64,000 nt of DNA from an uncultured Ignavibacteriota bacterium (GCA_947085405.1 CAMTWO010000022.1:50912-114911), one strand, 5' to 3'; counted from the first letter of the stretch, positions 1 through 9,198 are shown. Made by a program: numbers and translations. The notes: a model not told the origin generated them from the letters alone.

Positions 1-1
1 T

Positions 2-1327
2 TTAGTCAAGAAATCAGCACAATTGGAAGCATCGGATGCTGAGTTGGAGCATCTAAAAGCGGTAAGTCTCTCTCCTACTCAACGAATAATTGCAAACGTA
101 TCAACATCAACCGTTGAACGACAAGATCTAAGTATAGGTGTAGATGCAGTCGGTGTTGTAGATGTCGCCGAGCCATTACAGTCAAAAGTTACTGCACGAT
201 TCCGAGGAAGAATCGAAAAATTATACGTAAACTTCACAGGCGAGATTGTTAAAAAGGGACAGCCACTTTTTGAGTTATACAGCCCCGATTTGGTTTCGGC
301 ACAGCAGGAACTCATTCTTGCTTCCAACATAAATTTACTCGATGCAACACGTAGTCGTTTGCGTATTCATTTCGGACTTACTGAAAGCCAAATTTCCGAA
401 ATCGAACAATCACAAAATATTAAATCATCAATCGCATACTACTCCCCCATCTCCGGAACTGTTTTGGCAAAAAGTATTCAAGAAGGAGAGTATGTAGATG
501 AAGGAACGGTTCTTTATCAACTTGCCGACCTTTCTAATGTTTGGATTTATTTAGATGTTTATGAAAAAGATATAAACGAACTTAAACTGAATCAGTCAGT
601 TAAAATTACTTCCGAAGCGTATCCGAATGAGATTTTTTCCGGCAAAGTTACATTCATCGATCCGACAATAAATCCTGAGACGCGGACAATCAGAGTGCGA
701 ACAGCATTTAAAAATCCCAACGGTAAACTAAAACCACAAATGTATGTTAAGGCAACGATTCTTGAGACGACGAAAAAAGCATTAACGATTCCTGCCTCGG
801 CTGTTTTATATTCTGGGAAAAGAAATGTTGTGTGGATTGAAATTCAGACAAATATCTTCGAGCCGCGTGATGTGGTATTAGGTGCGACTACAGGAACACT
901 CGTTGAAGTGCTTCAAGGATTATCAGAAGGTGAATCTGTTGTAACCACAGGCGGTTATTTGATTGATTCCGAAAGCCAATTGAAACAAACCGGGACGCCG
1001 GCCGGACATGAAGGTCATCAGCGTGAAGTAGAAAAAAATACTATGACCGAAAATGACACTCAATTTTCAAACGAAGTAACAATCGTTGTTGATGGTGGAT
1101 ATTCTCCTTCAAAGATTCAAGCTCGAAAGGGTCATAAACTTACCATCCATTTTGAACGGCACGATGATATCAAATGTACCGATGAAGTTGTATTCCCTGA
1201 TTTCAACATCAAGAAATATTTAACGCCGCATAAAACAACCACTATCGAAATTACACCGAAGCGAGCTGGTGTGTACAAATTTCATTGCGGTATGGATATG
1301 CTTGAAGGCAAAATCATCGTAAAATAA
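2..1327 (+). CDS. cusB: RND efflux periplasmic adaptor (CusB/HlyD family), 5' end cut by the window edge, with a C-terminal cupredoxin-like module
   Basis: The frame is open to the window edge, with no stop upstream of the TTG at 23. Adaptor-type sequence is present (GQPLFELYSPDLVSAQQE, KPQMYVKATI). The last ~85 aa (nt ~1073-1324) end in FHCGMDMLEGKIIVK, like the stand-alone cupredoxin at 5367. The gene lies directly upstream of cusA. Confidence 0.8.
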   Translation, partial: LVKKSAQLEASDAELEHLKAVSLSPTQRIIANVSTSTVERQDLSIGVDAVGVVDVAEPLQSKVTARFRGRIEKLYVNFTGEIVKKGQPLFELYSPDLVSAQQELILASNINLLDATRSRLRIHFGLTESQISEIEQSQNIKSSIAYYSPISGTVLAKSIQEGEYVDEGTVLYQLADLSNVWIYLDVYEKDINELKLNQSVKITSEAYPNEIFSGKVTFIDPTINPETRTIRVRTAFKNPNGKLKPQMYVKATILETTKKALTIPASAVLYSGKRNVVWIEIQTNIFEPRDVVLGATTGTLVEVLQGLSEGESVVTTGGYLIDSESQLKQTGTPAGHEGHQREVEKNTMTENDTQFSNEVTIVVDGGYSPSKIQARKGHKLTIHFERHDDIKCTDEVVFPDFNIKKYLTPHKTTTIEITPKRAGVYKFHCGMDMLEGKIIVK

Positions 1328-1343
1328 AAATTAACTTCACGCC

Positions 1344-1397
1344 AGGACGCAAAGTACGCAAAGTCAAAATTCTTTTGCGTCATTAGCGTCCTTTGCG
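1344..1397. repeat. Compound inverted repeat between cusB and cusA
   Basis: GGACGCAAAG and TACGCAAAG are followed by CTTTTGCGTC and GCGTCCTTTGCG. These are two direct copies and two inverted copies, which allows alternative hairpins. Confidence 0.6.
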
Positions 1398-1420
1398 AGA
1401 GATAAATATTAAGGTTATCT

Positions 1421-4400
1421 ATGATAGAAAAAATAATTGACTACTCGGCGCGTAACAAGTTTGTAATCATCCTTGCTTATCTGATTATTATTGCCTGGGG
1501 CATCTGGTCGGTAGTGCATACGCCGATGGATGCAATCCCCGACCTATCAGAAAATCAAGTGATAGTTTTTACTGAATGGATGGGACGTTCGCCACAATTA
1601 ATCGAAGACCAAATTACATTTCCGCTTGTAACTGCCCTGCAGGGTGTTCCCAACGTCGAAGCAATACGTGCCCAATCAATGTTCGGTATGTCTTTCATTT
1701 TTATAATTTTTAATGAAAAGACCGACTCGTATTGGGCAAGAAGCCGTGTGTTGGAAAAACTTTCGGTAGTCCAAACTTCGCTCCCAAACGGCGCTAAAGT
1801 ACAACTCGGTCCCGACGGAACCGGAGTCGGGCATGTTTTCTGGTACACTGTAGAAGGTAAAAGCGATTTAGGCACGCTTCGCTCAATTCAGGATTGGTAC
1901 ATCAAACTGAATCTACAAGGTGTGCAAGGCGTAGCCGAGGTTGCTTCGATCGGCGGTTTTGTAAAACAATATCAGGTTGATATTGATCCCGATAAAATGA
2001 AAGCGTACAGCGTCTCGATTGCCGATGTTAAAAACGCAGTGATGCGTTCCAACAACGATGTCGGCGGGAAAATACTTGAAATCTCCGATGCCGAGTATTT
2101 TGTTCGCGGTCAGGGTTACATCCAATCGGTACGCGATATCGAAAACATAGTTATCGGGACAAGTTCAACCGGAACTCCCATTTACATACGGAATATCGGT
2201 GTTGTTCAACTTGGCGGCGACATTAGGCGCGGTTCGCTTGAAAAAGACGGAAAAGGTCAGGTAGTTGGTGGTATCGTTGTGATGCGTTATAACGAAAATG
2301 CCAAAGATGTTATCGACCGCGTGAAGAAAAAGATTGAGGAAATTACACCGGGCTTACCCGAGGGTGTTAAAATTGTTCCAGCTTACGACCGCAGCGATTT
2401 AATAATGGCAGCAGTCCACAATTTGAAAAATACTCTTATTGAAGAAGGAATTGTAGTAAGCATTATGGTACTTATTTTCCTTCTGCATGTGCGTAGTGTG
2501 CTGAGGATTATTATTGAATTACCGATTGCTGTGTTACTTGCATTCATCGGAATGAAAATGTTCGGAATAACATCCAACATAATGTCGTTGGGGGGGATTG
2601 CTATTTCGATAGGAGTGATTGTAGATGCCTCAATAGTTCTCGTTGAAAATGCGTATCGCAATGTTGCACGTGCACAACACGAAAAAGGAACTTTGACGGA
2701 TAAAGATTATACCGAGATTGCAATTATGTCGGCAAAACAAGTTGGACCTGCAATTTTCTTTTCTGTTGCTATTATGGTTGTCTCGTTCCTTCCTGTATTT
2801 TTACTTACAGGACAGGAAGGGAAATTGTTCAAACCTTTAGCATTTACAAAATCTTTTGTGATGATCGGATCAGCAATCATAGCTATAACGCTTGTTCCAA
2901 TGTTAATGACTATGTTCACGCGAGGTAAGTTCCGTTTGGAAAATCAAAATCCCGTAACAAAGCACTTAAATAATTTTTACGCACCAATTATCAGATGGAC
3001 GCTAAAATGGCGGAAGACAACAATCGCGATAAATATCTTTGCCCTACTGATTACAATACCGATGGTGATGAATACGGGTTCGGAATTTATGCCGTCGTTG
3101 GACGAAGGGAGCTTGCTCTTTATGCCGGTAACACTTCCATCTGCGTCTATCACCGAAGTAAATAGAATATTGCAAGTTCAAGATGCGATAATCAGAACAA
3201 TACCGGAGGTCGATCTGGTCCTTGGAAAATCCGGCAGAGCCGAAACATCTACCGATAACGCACCCGTGAGTATGATTGAGACGATTATAATACTTAAACC
3301 AAAGGACCAGTGGCGCCCCGGCATTACGAAAAACGATATAATTTCGGAACTCGATGCAAAATTGCAAATCCCCGGTGTCCGGAATGGTTGGACACAACCA
3401 ATTATCAACCGAATCAATATGCTTTCGACTGGCGTGCGGACTGATTTGGGTGTGAAAATATTCGGTAAAAACTTAGATACACTCGAGCAGCTCGCAATTC
3501 GTGCTGAACAGATTTTGCGAAAAATTCCGGGCGCCGCCGATTTATACGCCGAAAGAACACAAGGCGGTTTGTTCCTTGATATTAAAATCGACCGGGAGGC
3601 GGTTGCCCGATACGGAATCAATATTGGCGATGTTCAAGACATCATCGAAACTGCCATCGGCGGTGAAAATCTTGGAGTAGTAATCGAAGGAAGACAGCGA
3701 TTTCCAATCCGTGTCCGCTACGAACGTGATTCGAGAGATAACATCGAAGCACTTAAAAATTTATTAATTCCTGTAAATGTTGTTGGCAGCAAAAGACAGA
3801 TGCCAGAAGCAACAAGCCAAAGTTCTTCAAGTGGTATGTCTTCAATGTCAAAACAATCTCAAATCCCAAATCTCAAATCCCCGCCTGACGGACGGGCAGG
3901 CGAAATCCTAACTTCCGTTTCTTCCGGTTCGTACCTCCCTCTCGGACAATTAGCGAAAATCGAAATCGTTCCCGGTCCACCTATGATTTCAAGTGAGAAC
4001 GCTCAGCTCCGTTCACTTGTTTACTTAAATGTGCGTGGTCGTGATATGGGGAGCTTTGTTGGAGAAGCAAAAGAAGTTCTTAAAAAAGAATTTAAGTTAC
4101 CCGACGGATACACGCTTACGTGGAGCGGACAGTGGGAACATCAAATAAGGGCGAAGGAGCGTTTACAGCTTTTAATGCCTATAGTTTTTGCAATAATTTT
4201 TGTTATGCTTTATTTCGTAACTAAAGATCCCAAAGAGGCATTCGTTGTAATGCTTTCAGTTCCGTTTGCGTTAGTAGGTGGTGTGTATTTGGTGTATATA
4301 TTGGGAACAAATTTTTCCGTTGCTGTGTGGGTGGGGTTTATTGCCCTGTATGGATTAGCGGTCGAGACAGGTTTAATAATGGTTGTATTTCTTCACGAAG

Positions 4401-4741
4401 CGCTGGATAAACGGCTTCGTGATTTTGAACTCGGCAAACGCGGTCCTCTGACCCAGCAGGATATTGTAGATGCAACGTATGAAGGATCCGTACTGCGGCT
4501 ACGTCCGAAAGTGATGACAGTTTCTACCACGCTGATTGCACTCATCCCAATTATGTGGAGTACAGGCGTTGGCGCCGATGTTATGCAGCCATTAGCAACT
4601 CCGATAATTGGCGGTTTGATCACATCTGCAATACACGTTCTTATTGTAACTCCGATATTATTCACTTGGATGAAAGAGCGCGAATTGAAAAAAGGAACAC
4701 TGAAAGTTTCAAAGATGGCAAGCTGGATGAAGGAAAACTAA
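1421..4741 (+). CDS. cusA: CusA/CzcA-family heavy-metal efflux RND transporter
   Basis: 1106 aa with multi-TM RND architecture and family-typical blocks (MIEKIIDYSARNKF, AISIGVIVDASIVLVEN, SVPFALVGGVYLVYILG). It follows the adaptor gene. Confidence 0.93.
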   Translation: MIEKIIDYSARNKFVIILAYLIIIAWGIWSVVHTPMDAIPDLSENQVIVFTEWMGRSPQLIEDQITFPLVTALQGVPNVEAIRAQSMFGMSFIFIIFNEKTDSYWARSRVLEKLSVVQTSLPNGAKVQLGPDGTGVGHVFWYTVEGKSDLGTLRSIQDWYIKLNLQGVQGVAEVASIGGFVKQYQVDIDPDKMKAYSVSIADVKNAVMRSNNDVGGKILEISDAEYFVRGQGYIQSVRDIENIVIGTSSTGTPIYIRNIGVVQLGGDIRRGSLEKDGKGQVVGGIVVMRYNENAKDVIDRVKKKIEEITPGLPEGVKIVPAYDRSDLIMAAVHNLKNTLIEEGIVVSIMVLIFLLHVRSVLRIIIELPIAVLLAFIGMKMFGITSNIMSLGGIAISIGVIVDASIVLVENAYRNVARAQHEKGTLTDKDYTEIAIMSAKQVGPAIFFSVAIMVVSFLPVFLLTGQEGKLFKPLAFTKSFVMIGSAIIAITLVPMLMTMFTRGKFRLENQNPVTKHLNNFYAPIIRWTLKWRKTTIAINIFALLITIPMVMNTGSEFMPSLDEGSLLFMPVTLPSASITEVNRILQVQDAIIRTIPEVDLVLGKSGRAETSTDNAPVSMIETIIILKPKDQWRPGITKNDIISELDAKLQIPGVRNGWTQPIINRINMLSTGVRTDLGVKIFGKNLDTLEQLAIRAEQILRKIPGAADLYAERTQGGLFLDIKIDREAVARYGINIGDVQDIIETAIGGENLGVVIEGRQRFPIRVRYERDSRDNIEALKNLLIPVNVVGSKRQMPEATSQSSSSGMSSMSKQSQIPNLKSPPDGRAGEILTSVSSGSYLPLGQLAKIEIVPGPPMISSENAQLRSLVYLNVRGRDMGSFVGEAKEVLKKEFKLPDGYTLTWSGQWEHQIRAKERLQLLMPIVFAIIFVMLYFVTKDPKEAFVVMLSVPFALVGGVYLVYILGTNFSVAVWVGFIALYGLAVETGLIMVVFLHEALDKRLRDFELGKRGPLTQQDIVDATYEGSVLRLRPKVMTVSTTLIALIPIMWSTGVGADVMQPLATPIIGGLITSAIHVLIVTPILFTWMKERELKKGTLKVSKMASWMKEN
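3855..3902 (+). repeat. 14-nt tandem duplication plus a GC hairpin embedded in frame in cusA
   Basis: AATCTCAAATCCCA (3855-3868) and AATCTCAAATCCCC (3869-3882) are followed by a CGCCTG-N9-CAGGCG hairpin (3882-3902). All of this lies inside a ~45-aa Ser/Gln-rich segment. Confidence 0.7.
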
Positions 4742-4808
4742 ATCAAGGCAAAATGAAAAAGGCAAAAGTAAAAAAATAATTAAAGGCTAAAATAAAAGGA
4801 GAAATAAT

Positions 4809-5336
4809 ATGCAAAACATACATCCGTATTTTGTACACTTTCCGATTGCGCTTCTTTCGGTCGGATTACTCTGGGACTTACTTGGTATTTTGTTAAAGAA
4901 AGAATCATTCAAAAATGCCGGCTGGTGGGCACAGCTTTTTGGCACCGCTGCAATTATCATCACGGCTATAACCGGTTTAATTGCCGCCAATACAGTTGTA
5001 CACAATGATGCTGCACATGAAATCATGGAAACTCACGAGACAATCGGGTTGATAGTTACCGGCGTTTTCATTGTTTTATTTCTTTGGAGAAGTTTCCTGA
5101 AGACAGCGATACCATCGCAGAGACTCCAACAAATTATTTATTTAGTAATTGGCGGACTCGCCGTAGCCACAATGCTCTATAGTGCACATTTGGGTGGAAA
5201 GTTAGTTTACGAGTTCGGTGTAGGTGGAAGTGCTGTACAGCAGTCAACACAGCCACACCCGCATAATGAAGCGAACGAGGAACATGAGCATGAAGGCGAT
5301 CATGATTCCACAGGCAAATCGGAACATCAACATTAA
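4809..5336 (+). CDS. DUF2231-like membrane protein with a His/Glu-rich C-terminal tail
   Basis: The N-terminus HPYFVHFPIALLSVG is typical of DUF2231 and there are 4 predicted TM segments. The tail is PHPHNEANEEHEHEGDHDSTGKSEHQH. An AAGGAG RBS lies upstream. Confidence 0.7.
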   Translation: MQNIHPYFVHFPIALLSVGLLWDLLGILLKKESFKNAGWWAQLFGTAAIIITAITGLIAANTVVHNDAAHEIMETHETIGLIVTGVFIVLFLWRSFLKTAIPSQRLQQIIYLVIGGLAVATMLYSAHLGGKLVYEFGVGGSAVQQSTQPHPHNEANEEHEHEGDHDSTGKSEHQH

Positions 5337-5366
5337 ATCATAATTATTAATCATAGGAGTAACACA

Positions 5367-5813
5367 ATGAAACAATTCACATTTTACCTTGCAACTATTA
5401 TTCTGAGTATCTTTATTGCAGCTGCGAACGGCCGTTCTCAATGCTCGATGGGTTCAAGTGGACATAAACATATCACGCAGAAATCTGAATCACATTCTGA
5501 GTATAAAGTTGTAACTCCATCGAAGGGTTATGCATTTATCAATGACGATGGTATGCAGGAAACAACGATCACAATAAAAGATGGTTATCACCCAAACACA
5601 GTCGTTGTAAAAAAAGGAATTCCTATGCGCCTCAAATTTGATCTGCAGGAAAAAGGCTGTACCGACAAAGTAATGTTGAAGACATTTAAAGTTGAACAAA
5701 AACTCGAGCCGTTTAAAATCACCACAATTGAGTTTACTCCCGACAGTGCAGGTACCTTCACTTTTTCTTGTCCGATGGAAATGATTGAAGGAACGCTGGT
5801 AGTGAAGAAGTGA
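5367..5813 (+). CDS. Secreted cupredoxin-like domain protein
   Basis: Signal peptide present. The C-terminal module (GCTDKV ... FSCPMEMIEGTLVVKK) is paralogous to the CusB C-terminal module and shares its Cys/Met ligand pattern. Confidence 0.75.
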   Translation: MKQFTFYLATIILSIFIAAANGRSQCSMGSSGHKHITQKSESHSEYKVVTPSKGYAFINDDGMQETTITIKDGYHPNTVVVKKGIPMRLKFDLQEKGCTDKVMLKTFKVEQKLEPFKITTIEFTPDSAGTFTFSCPMEMIEGTLVVKK

Positions 5814-5854
5814 TAGATCATTTTTATTCAATTATTAAGAAAGGAACCAAAATC

Positions 5855-6880
5855 ATGAAAAAATTCCTATTCCAAAAACTAACTTTATCTCTTGCTGCTG
5901 TATTCATCATCAGCACAATCGTTCTGTTATCGAGCTGCAAAGAGAAATCTGTGGATGTCCCACTGGAGGTAATGAGTTATGATACTTGGACAATTAACGG
6001 TAAGGCTTACCCTGCTACCGAACCTCTCCGCGTCCGTCAGGGCGATACAGTTCGTGTGCGATTTATGAATATCAGCAACGGTGTTCATCCAATGCATCTG
6101 CATGGTCACGATTTCAAGGTGGTAGCAGTCGATGGATGGCCGGTCGCCAACCCTCAGATGCGGAACACCGTAACCGTTGCACCTGGAGAAATCCTAGACA
6201 TTGAGTTTGTTGCAGACAACCCCGGTATCTGGGCGTTCCATTGCCACGAACTTCACCATGCAGAACAAGGTATGTTCACATTCGTTCTGTACGAAGGTTT
6301 CTCACTGCCAAAAGCCAACCAAGCTCTACAAATTCCCAAAGACATTGTTGGTCAAACGACTCACGCATCAGAGAAACCACTCACAATCAATTCAACCCAA
6401 GCAGACACCATTCCCTGGACTGGACAAGTAAGAGACTATACACTGACAGCGAGTCCAATCCAATGGGAAATAAAAAGTGGAACGGTGACGCAAGCGTATG
6501 CATTCAACGGAAAAGTGCCCGGTCCTGAAATTCGTGTCAACATCGGAGACAGCGTACGTGTAACTGTGATAAACAATCTTTCCGAACCAACCAGCATCCA
6601 CTGGCACGGTATTAATCGAATTGCTTGGACAGACGACGGTGTAGCACCTATAACACAGGTTCCCATCCCGCCGGGTGGAAGAAAGATATACCAATTTTTT
6701 GTTGATCGACCAGGTTCGTTTATGTATCATCCACATTTCATGTCCAACGAAGCATCACAGGTGGACAAGGGACTGTATGGACCCATCATCGTTGAGCAGC
6801 GGCAGAAAACTTACACTAAAGAATACACAATGATGTTAGGCGGCTGGATCGTGAAGCAGCAAACAGGAGGCGGACACTAA
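5855..6880 (+). CDS. Two-domain multicopper oxidase lipoprotein
   Basis: Start chosen at the ATG at 5855, which has an AAGGAA RBS and a lipobox (LLSSC). The N-terminal half carries HPMHLHGH and HCHELHHAEQGM (T1 site plus trinuclear ligands). The C-terminal half carries IHWHG and YHPHF. Confidence 0.85.
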   Translation: MKKFLFQKLTLSLAAVFIISTIVLLSSCKEKSVDVPLEVMSYDTWTINGKAYPATEPLRVRQGDTVRVRFMNISNGVHPMHLHGHDFKVVAVDGWPVANPQMRNTVTVAPGEILDIEFVADNPGIWAFHCHELHHAEQGMFTFVLYEGFSLPKANQALQIPKDIVGQTTHASEKPLTINSTQADTIPWTGQVRDYTLTASPIQWEIKSGTVTQAYAFNGKVPGPEIRVNIGDSVRVTVINNLSEPTSIHWHGINRIAWTDDGVAPITQVPIPPGGRKIYQFFVDRPGSFMYHPHFMSNEASQVDKGLYGPIIVEQRQKTYTKEYTMMLGGWIVKQQTGGGH

Positions 6881-6882
6881 AA

Positions 6883-7638
6883 ATGAAATCATTCTTTGAA
6901 GAGACCATCATGAAAATACGACTATGTTTACTTTGTGTAATCGTATTGTCCAGTTTACCCATTTCGTTACATGGACAGCAAGGGGAACAGCACACGAACG
7001 ACCATCTGTTTCCCCATCCTTTCCTTGCAGCAATGGGAGTTCCCGATCCTGAAGGAAAATTTCATGTTCGTTTGAATGTTTTTCTGCAACAGAATATAGG
7101 CAAATCAAAATATGATATAAGCGGTCATCTTGGGTATGGATTATTTGATTTTGGTGGTATCCATCTCCGCAGCCTCGGCGTAACAACAACTCCATTAACT
7201 GAGATCATCGGCATGATCGGACTTTGGCATGATGCTCGGAGATTGAACGGCATTTCTCTTTTAGGAATCGTGGGGATTCCAACCGGTCCAAAAGATGATG
7301 ACAATGCTCACCATGGTCTAGCATATCTTTTCGGACTTTCGGGTCGAATCAGCATATTCAAGAACACAATAAATGATCTCATTGTGCATTACGACTTCTC
7401 AACAAAACATTATATCGCAGAGAGTGGAACTGTCATTCGAATTATGGAATATCTGTTTGCTGGTGTTGATACTCGGACAATCATCGGACCATCTCAACCG
7501 CTTATCTTCTTGATGCCCGGATTAAAAGTAAAATTTTCGTCATTTGGATTCATCGGTGTCGGAATTAATTATCAGGTAACAAATACATCGCAAGTTAAAA
7601 ATGAACTGTATCTACAAGTGGAAACAGGAAATCATTAA
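6883..7638 (+). CDS. Hypothetical secreted or outer-membrane protein in the copper island
   Basis: ORF with a signal peptide (MKIRLCLLCVIVLSSLPISLHGQ; alternative start at 6910). No family recognised. Glycine/aromatic-rich beta-type composition. Confidence 0.5.
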   Translation: MKSFFEETIMKIRLCLLCVIVLSSLPISLHGQQGEQHTNDHLFPHPFLAAMGVPDPEGKFHVRLNVFLQQNIGKSKYDISGHLGYGLFDFGGIHLRSLGVTTTPLTEIIGMIGLWHDARRLNGISLLGIVGIPTGPKDDDNAHHGLAYLFGLSGRISIFKNTINDLIVHYDFSTKHYIAESGTVIRIMEYLFAGVDTRTIIGPSQPLIFLMPGLKVKFSSFGFIGVGINYQVTNTSQVKNELYLQVETGNH

Positions 7639-7669
7639 TTATTTTCAACAACATTCGTGGAGAATACTT

Positions 7670-8335
7670 ATGCAGGTAAAGAATATCTTATATCAACTCA
7701 CTTTTCTACTTTCGACATTAACAATAAGCAGCATGGCAAGCATTTCCGTGCATCCGACTGCGATGCGAGAAACACTGGCAGTTGGAGAAAACAAACAAAC
7801 AATTATCCATATCACTAATATTGGTCCGAGCAGTAGCCTCGCCTATACAGTGGAGGAAAATGTGGATTGGCTCTCTGCTTTACCACTTTCAGGTCAGATT
7901 ACCGTTGGCGATACGGTCAATTCGACATTGATCTTTGATGCTTCAATGTTGTCGGCAGGCGAATACACTACCGAATTGACTATCGGCGATCCCCATCATG
8001 GACCAATCCTCATACCGGTCGTGCTCGTTGTCGTCAGTGTAACAGGAATAAAAGAGGAAGCAGAAACACCGGAAGCATTCGCACTCGGACAAAATTATCC
8101 AAATCCGTTTAATCCACAAACGTCGATTCAATTTTATGTTCCCACTCAGGAGTATGTCTCGCTGAAGGTGTTTGATATGCTTGGTCAACAGTTAGCAGTC
8201 CTTGTAGATGGAGTTCAGTCACAAGGAACCTATACCGTGGATTGGGATGCTTCCGGATTTTCGAGTGGTACTTACTTCTACCGGTTTCAAACCCAACGAT
8301 TTTCTTCAATCAAATCAATGTCACTTATTAAATAA
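7670..8335 (+). CDS. T9SS C-terminal sorting domain protein
   Basis: Start chosen at MQVKNILY (signal peptide). The C-terminus (NYPNPFNPQTSIQFYVP ... GTYTVDWDAS ... GTYFYRFQT) matches the Por secretion tail pattern. Confidence 0.75.
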   Translation: MQVKNILYQLTFLLSTLTISSMASISVHPTAMRETLAVGENKQTIIHITNIGPSSSLAYTVEENVDWLSALPLSGQITVGDTVNSTLIFDASMLSAGEYTTELTIGDPHHGPILIPVVLVVVSVTGIKEEAETPEAFALGQNYPNPFNPQTSIQFYVPTQEYVSLKVFDMLGQQLAVLVDGVQSQGTYTVDWDASGFSSGTYFYRFQTQRFSSIKSMSLIK

Positions 8336-8363
8336 CCGATCAATAAATTAAAGGAACACTTAT

Positions 8364-8948
8364 ATGAAAACAAATTTTATGAAACTCATTTTATTTAGCA
8401 TTTTTATTTTATCAATTAGTTCACTCCCAGGTTGTATGATGATGGGTGGAATGATGCACAAGATGGATAACAATGAACATAAAGAAATGGCAGAAAAATT
8501 AATAAAAGAAGTAGAGATAAACGATTATAGGATCACAGCCGAATTTCCAGCTCTGTTTTATAATGAAGAAGCCCTGTACCGGATAAAAATCTATTCCCTT
8601 AAGGATAGTCTGGCATCGACGGCATCTGTTCGACTGATTATTTCGGAATATGGACACGATGGACATCCGGATGCAATTCAGTTCGACAGAGACCTGCATA
8701 AAAATTCAAACGGGAATTATTCTACTACCTATCGTGTTAAGACAAAAAAGGATGTAAAGGTATCTTACCTTATATCAGAATTAGAAGATGTAGTTTTAAA
8801 AAAGCCCATAGAAATTGAAGCCCAATTGAGCGTTCACACCCCACATAAACAACATGGTGGCGGGATGCACGATATCGGACCGTATGCGATAATAGGCGGT
8901 GTAGTTATGCTCACGATGATGGTTTTTATGGTGGGTAGAGTCTTCTAA
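8364..8948 (+). CDS. Met/His-rich lipoprotein with a C-terminal TM anchor (FixH/YtkA-like, tentative)
   Basis: Lipobox (SLPGC) followed by MMMGGMMHKMDNNEHKEM. There is a C-terminal hydrophobic helix. It sits within the copper island. The family assignment is tentative. Confidence 0.55.
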   Translation: MKTNFMKLILFSIFILSISSLPGCMMMGGMMHKMDNNEHKEMAEKLIKEVEINDYRITAEFPALFYNEEALYRIKIYSLKDSLASTASVRLIISEYGHDGHPDAIQFDRDLHKNSNGNYSTTYRVKTKKDVKVSYLISELEDVVLKKPIEIEAQLSVHTPHKQHGGGMHDIGPYAIIGGVVMLTMMVFMVGRVF

Positions 8949-8984
8949 TTTGAATTAATCAAAGAAAAGTTTAAATTATCTCCA

Positions 8985-9135
8985 ACATAGTTAATAGTTA
9001 TAAGTTTTTGGTTATTTGTTTTGGTTCAATAGTTATTGGTTATAGTTAATGGTTTTAGCCACCCTCAACTATAGACTATAACTATAAACTAAATAACTAT
9101 GACTAACAACTAAGAACTTAGAACTAAAAACTAAT
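8985..9135. repeat. Long AT-rich, strand-asymmetric imperfect inverted repeat of TAGTT / AACTA units
   Basis: The left arm is nearly C-free with repeated TAGTT/GGTT. The right arm is nearly G-free with at least 7 AACTA units. ATAGTTATTGGTTATAGTTA pairs with TAACTATAAACTAAATAACTAT. It lies in the intergenic region between 8948 and 9199. Confidence 0.65.
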
Positions 9136-9198
9136 CATGAAAACAAAGACATAATAAATAATTAACAAACTCAAACAACAAAACAAAAGGAGCAACAA

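Noticed and set aside
1344-1363. GGACGCAAAG resembles a conserved segment of c-di-GMP-I (GEMM-I) riboswitches
   Set aside because: The remaining GEMM-I features (paired P1a/P1b hairpins, GNRA tetraloop and receptor) are not present. A simple inverted repeat explains the sequence better.
4555-4779. 74-aa + strand ORF overlapping the cusA 3' end
   Set aside because: It is an out-of-frame overlap with a strongly supported gene, has an A-rich low-complexity tail and shows no RBS.
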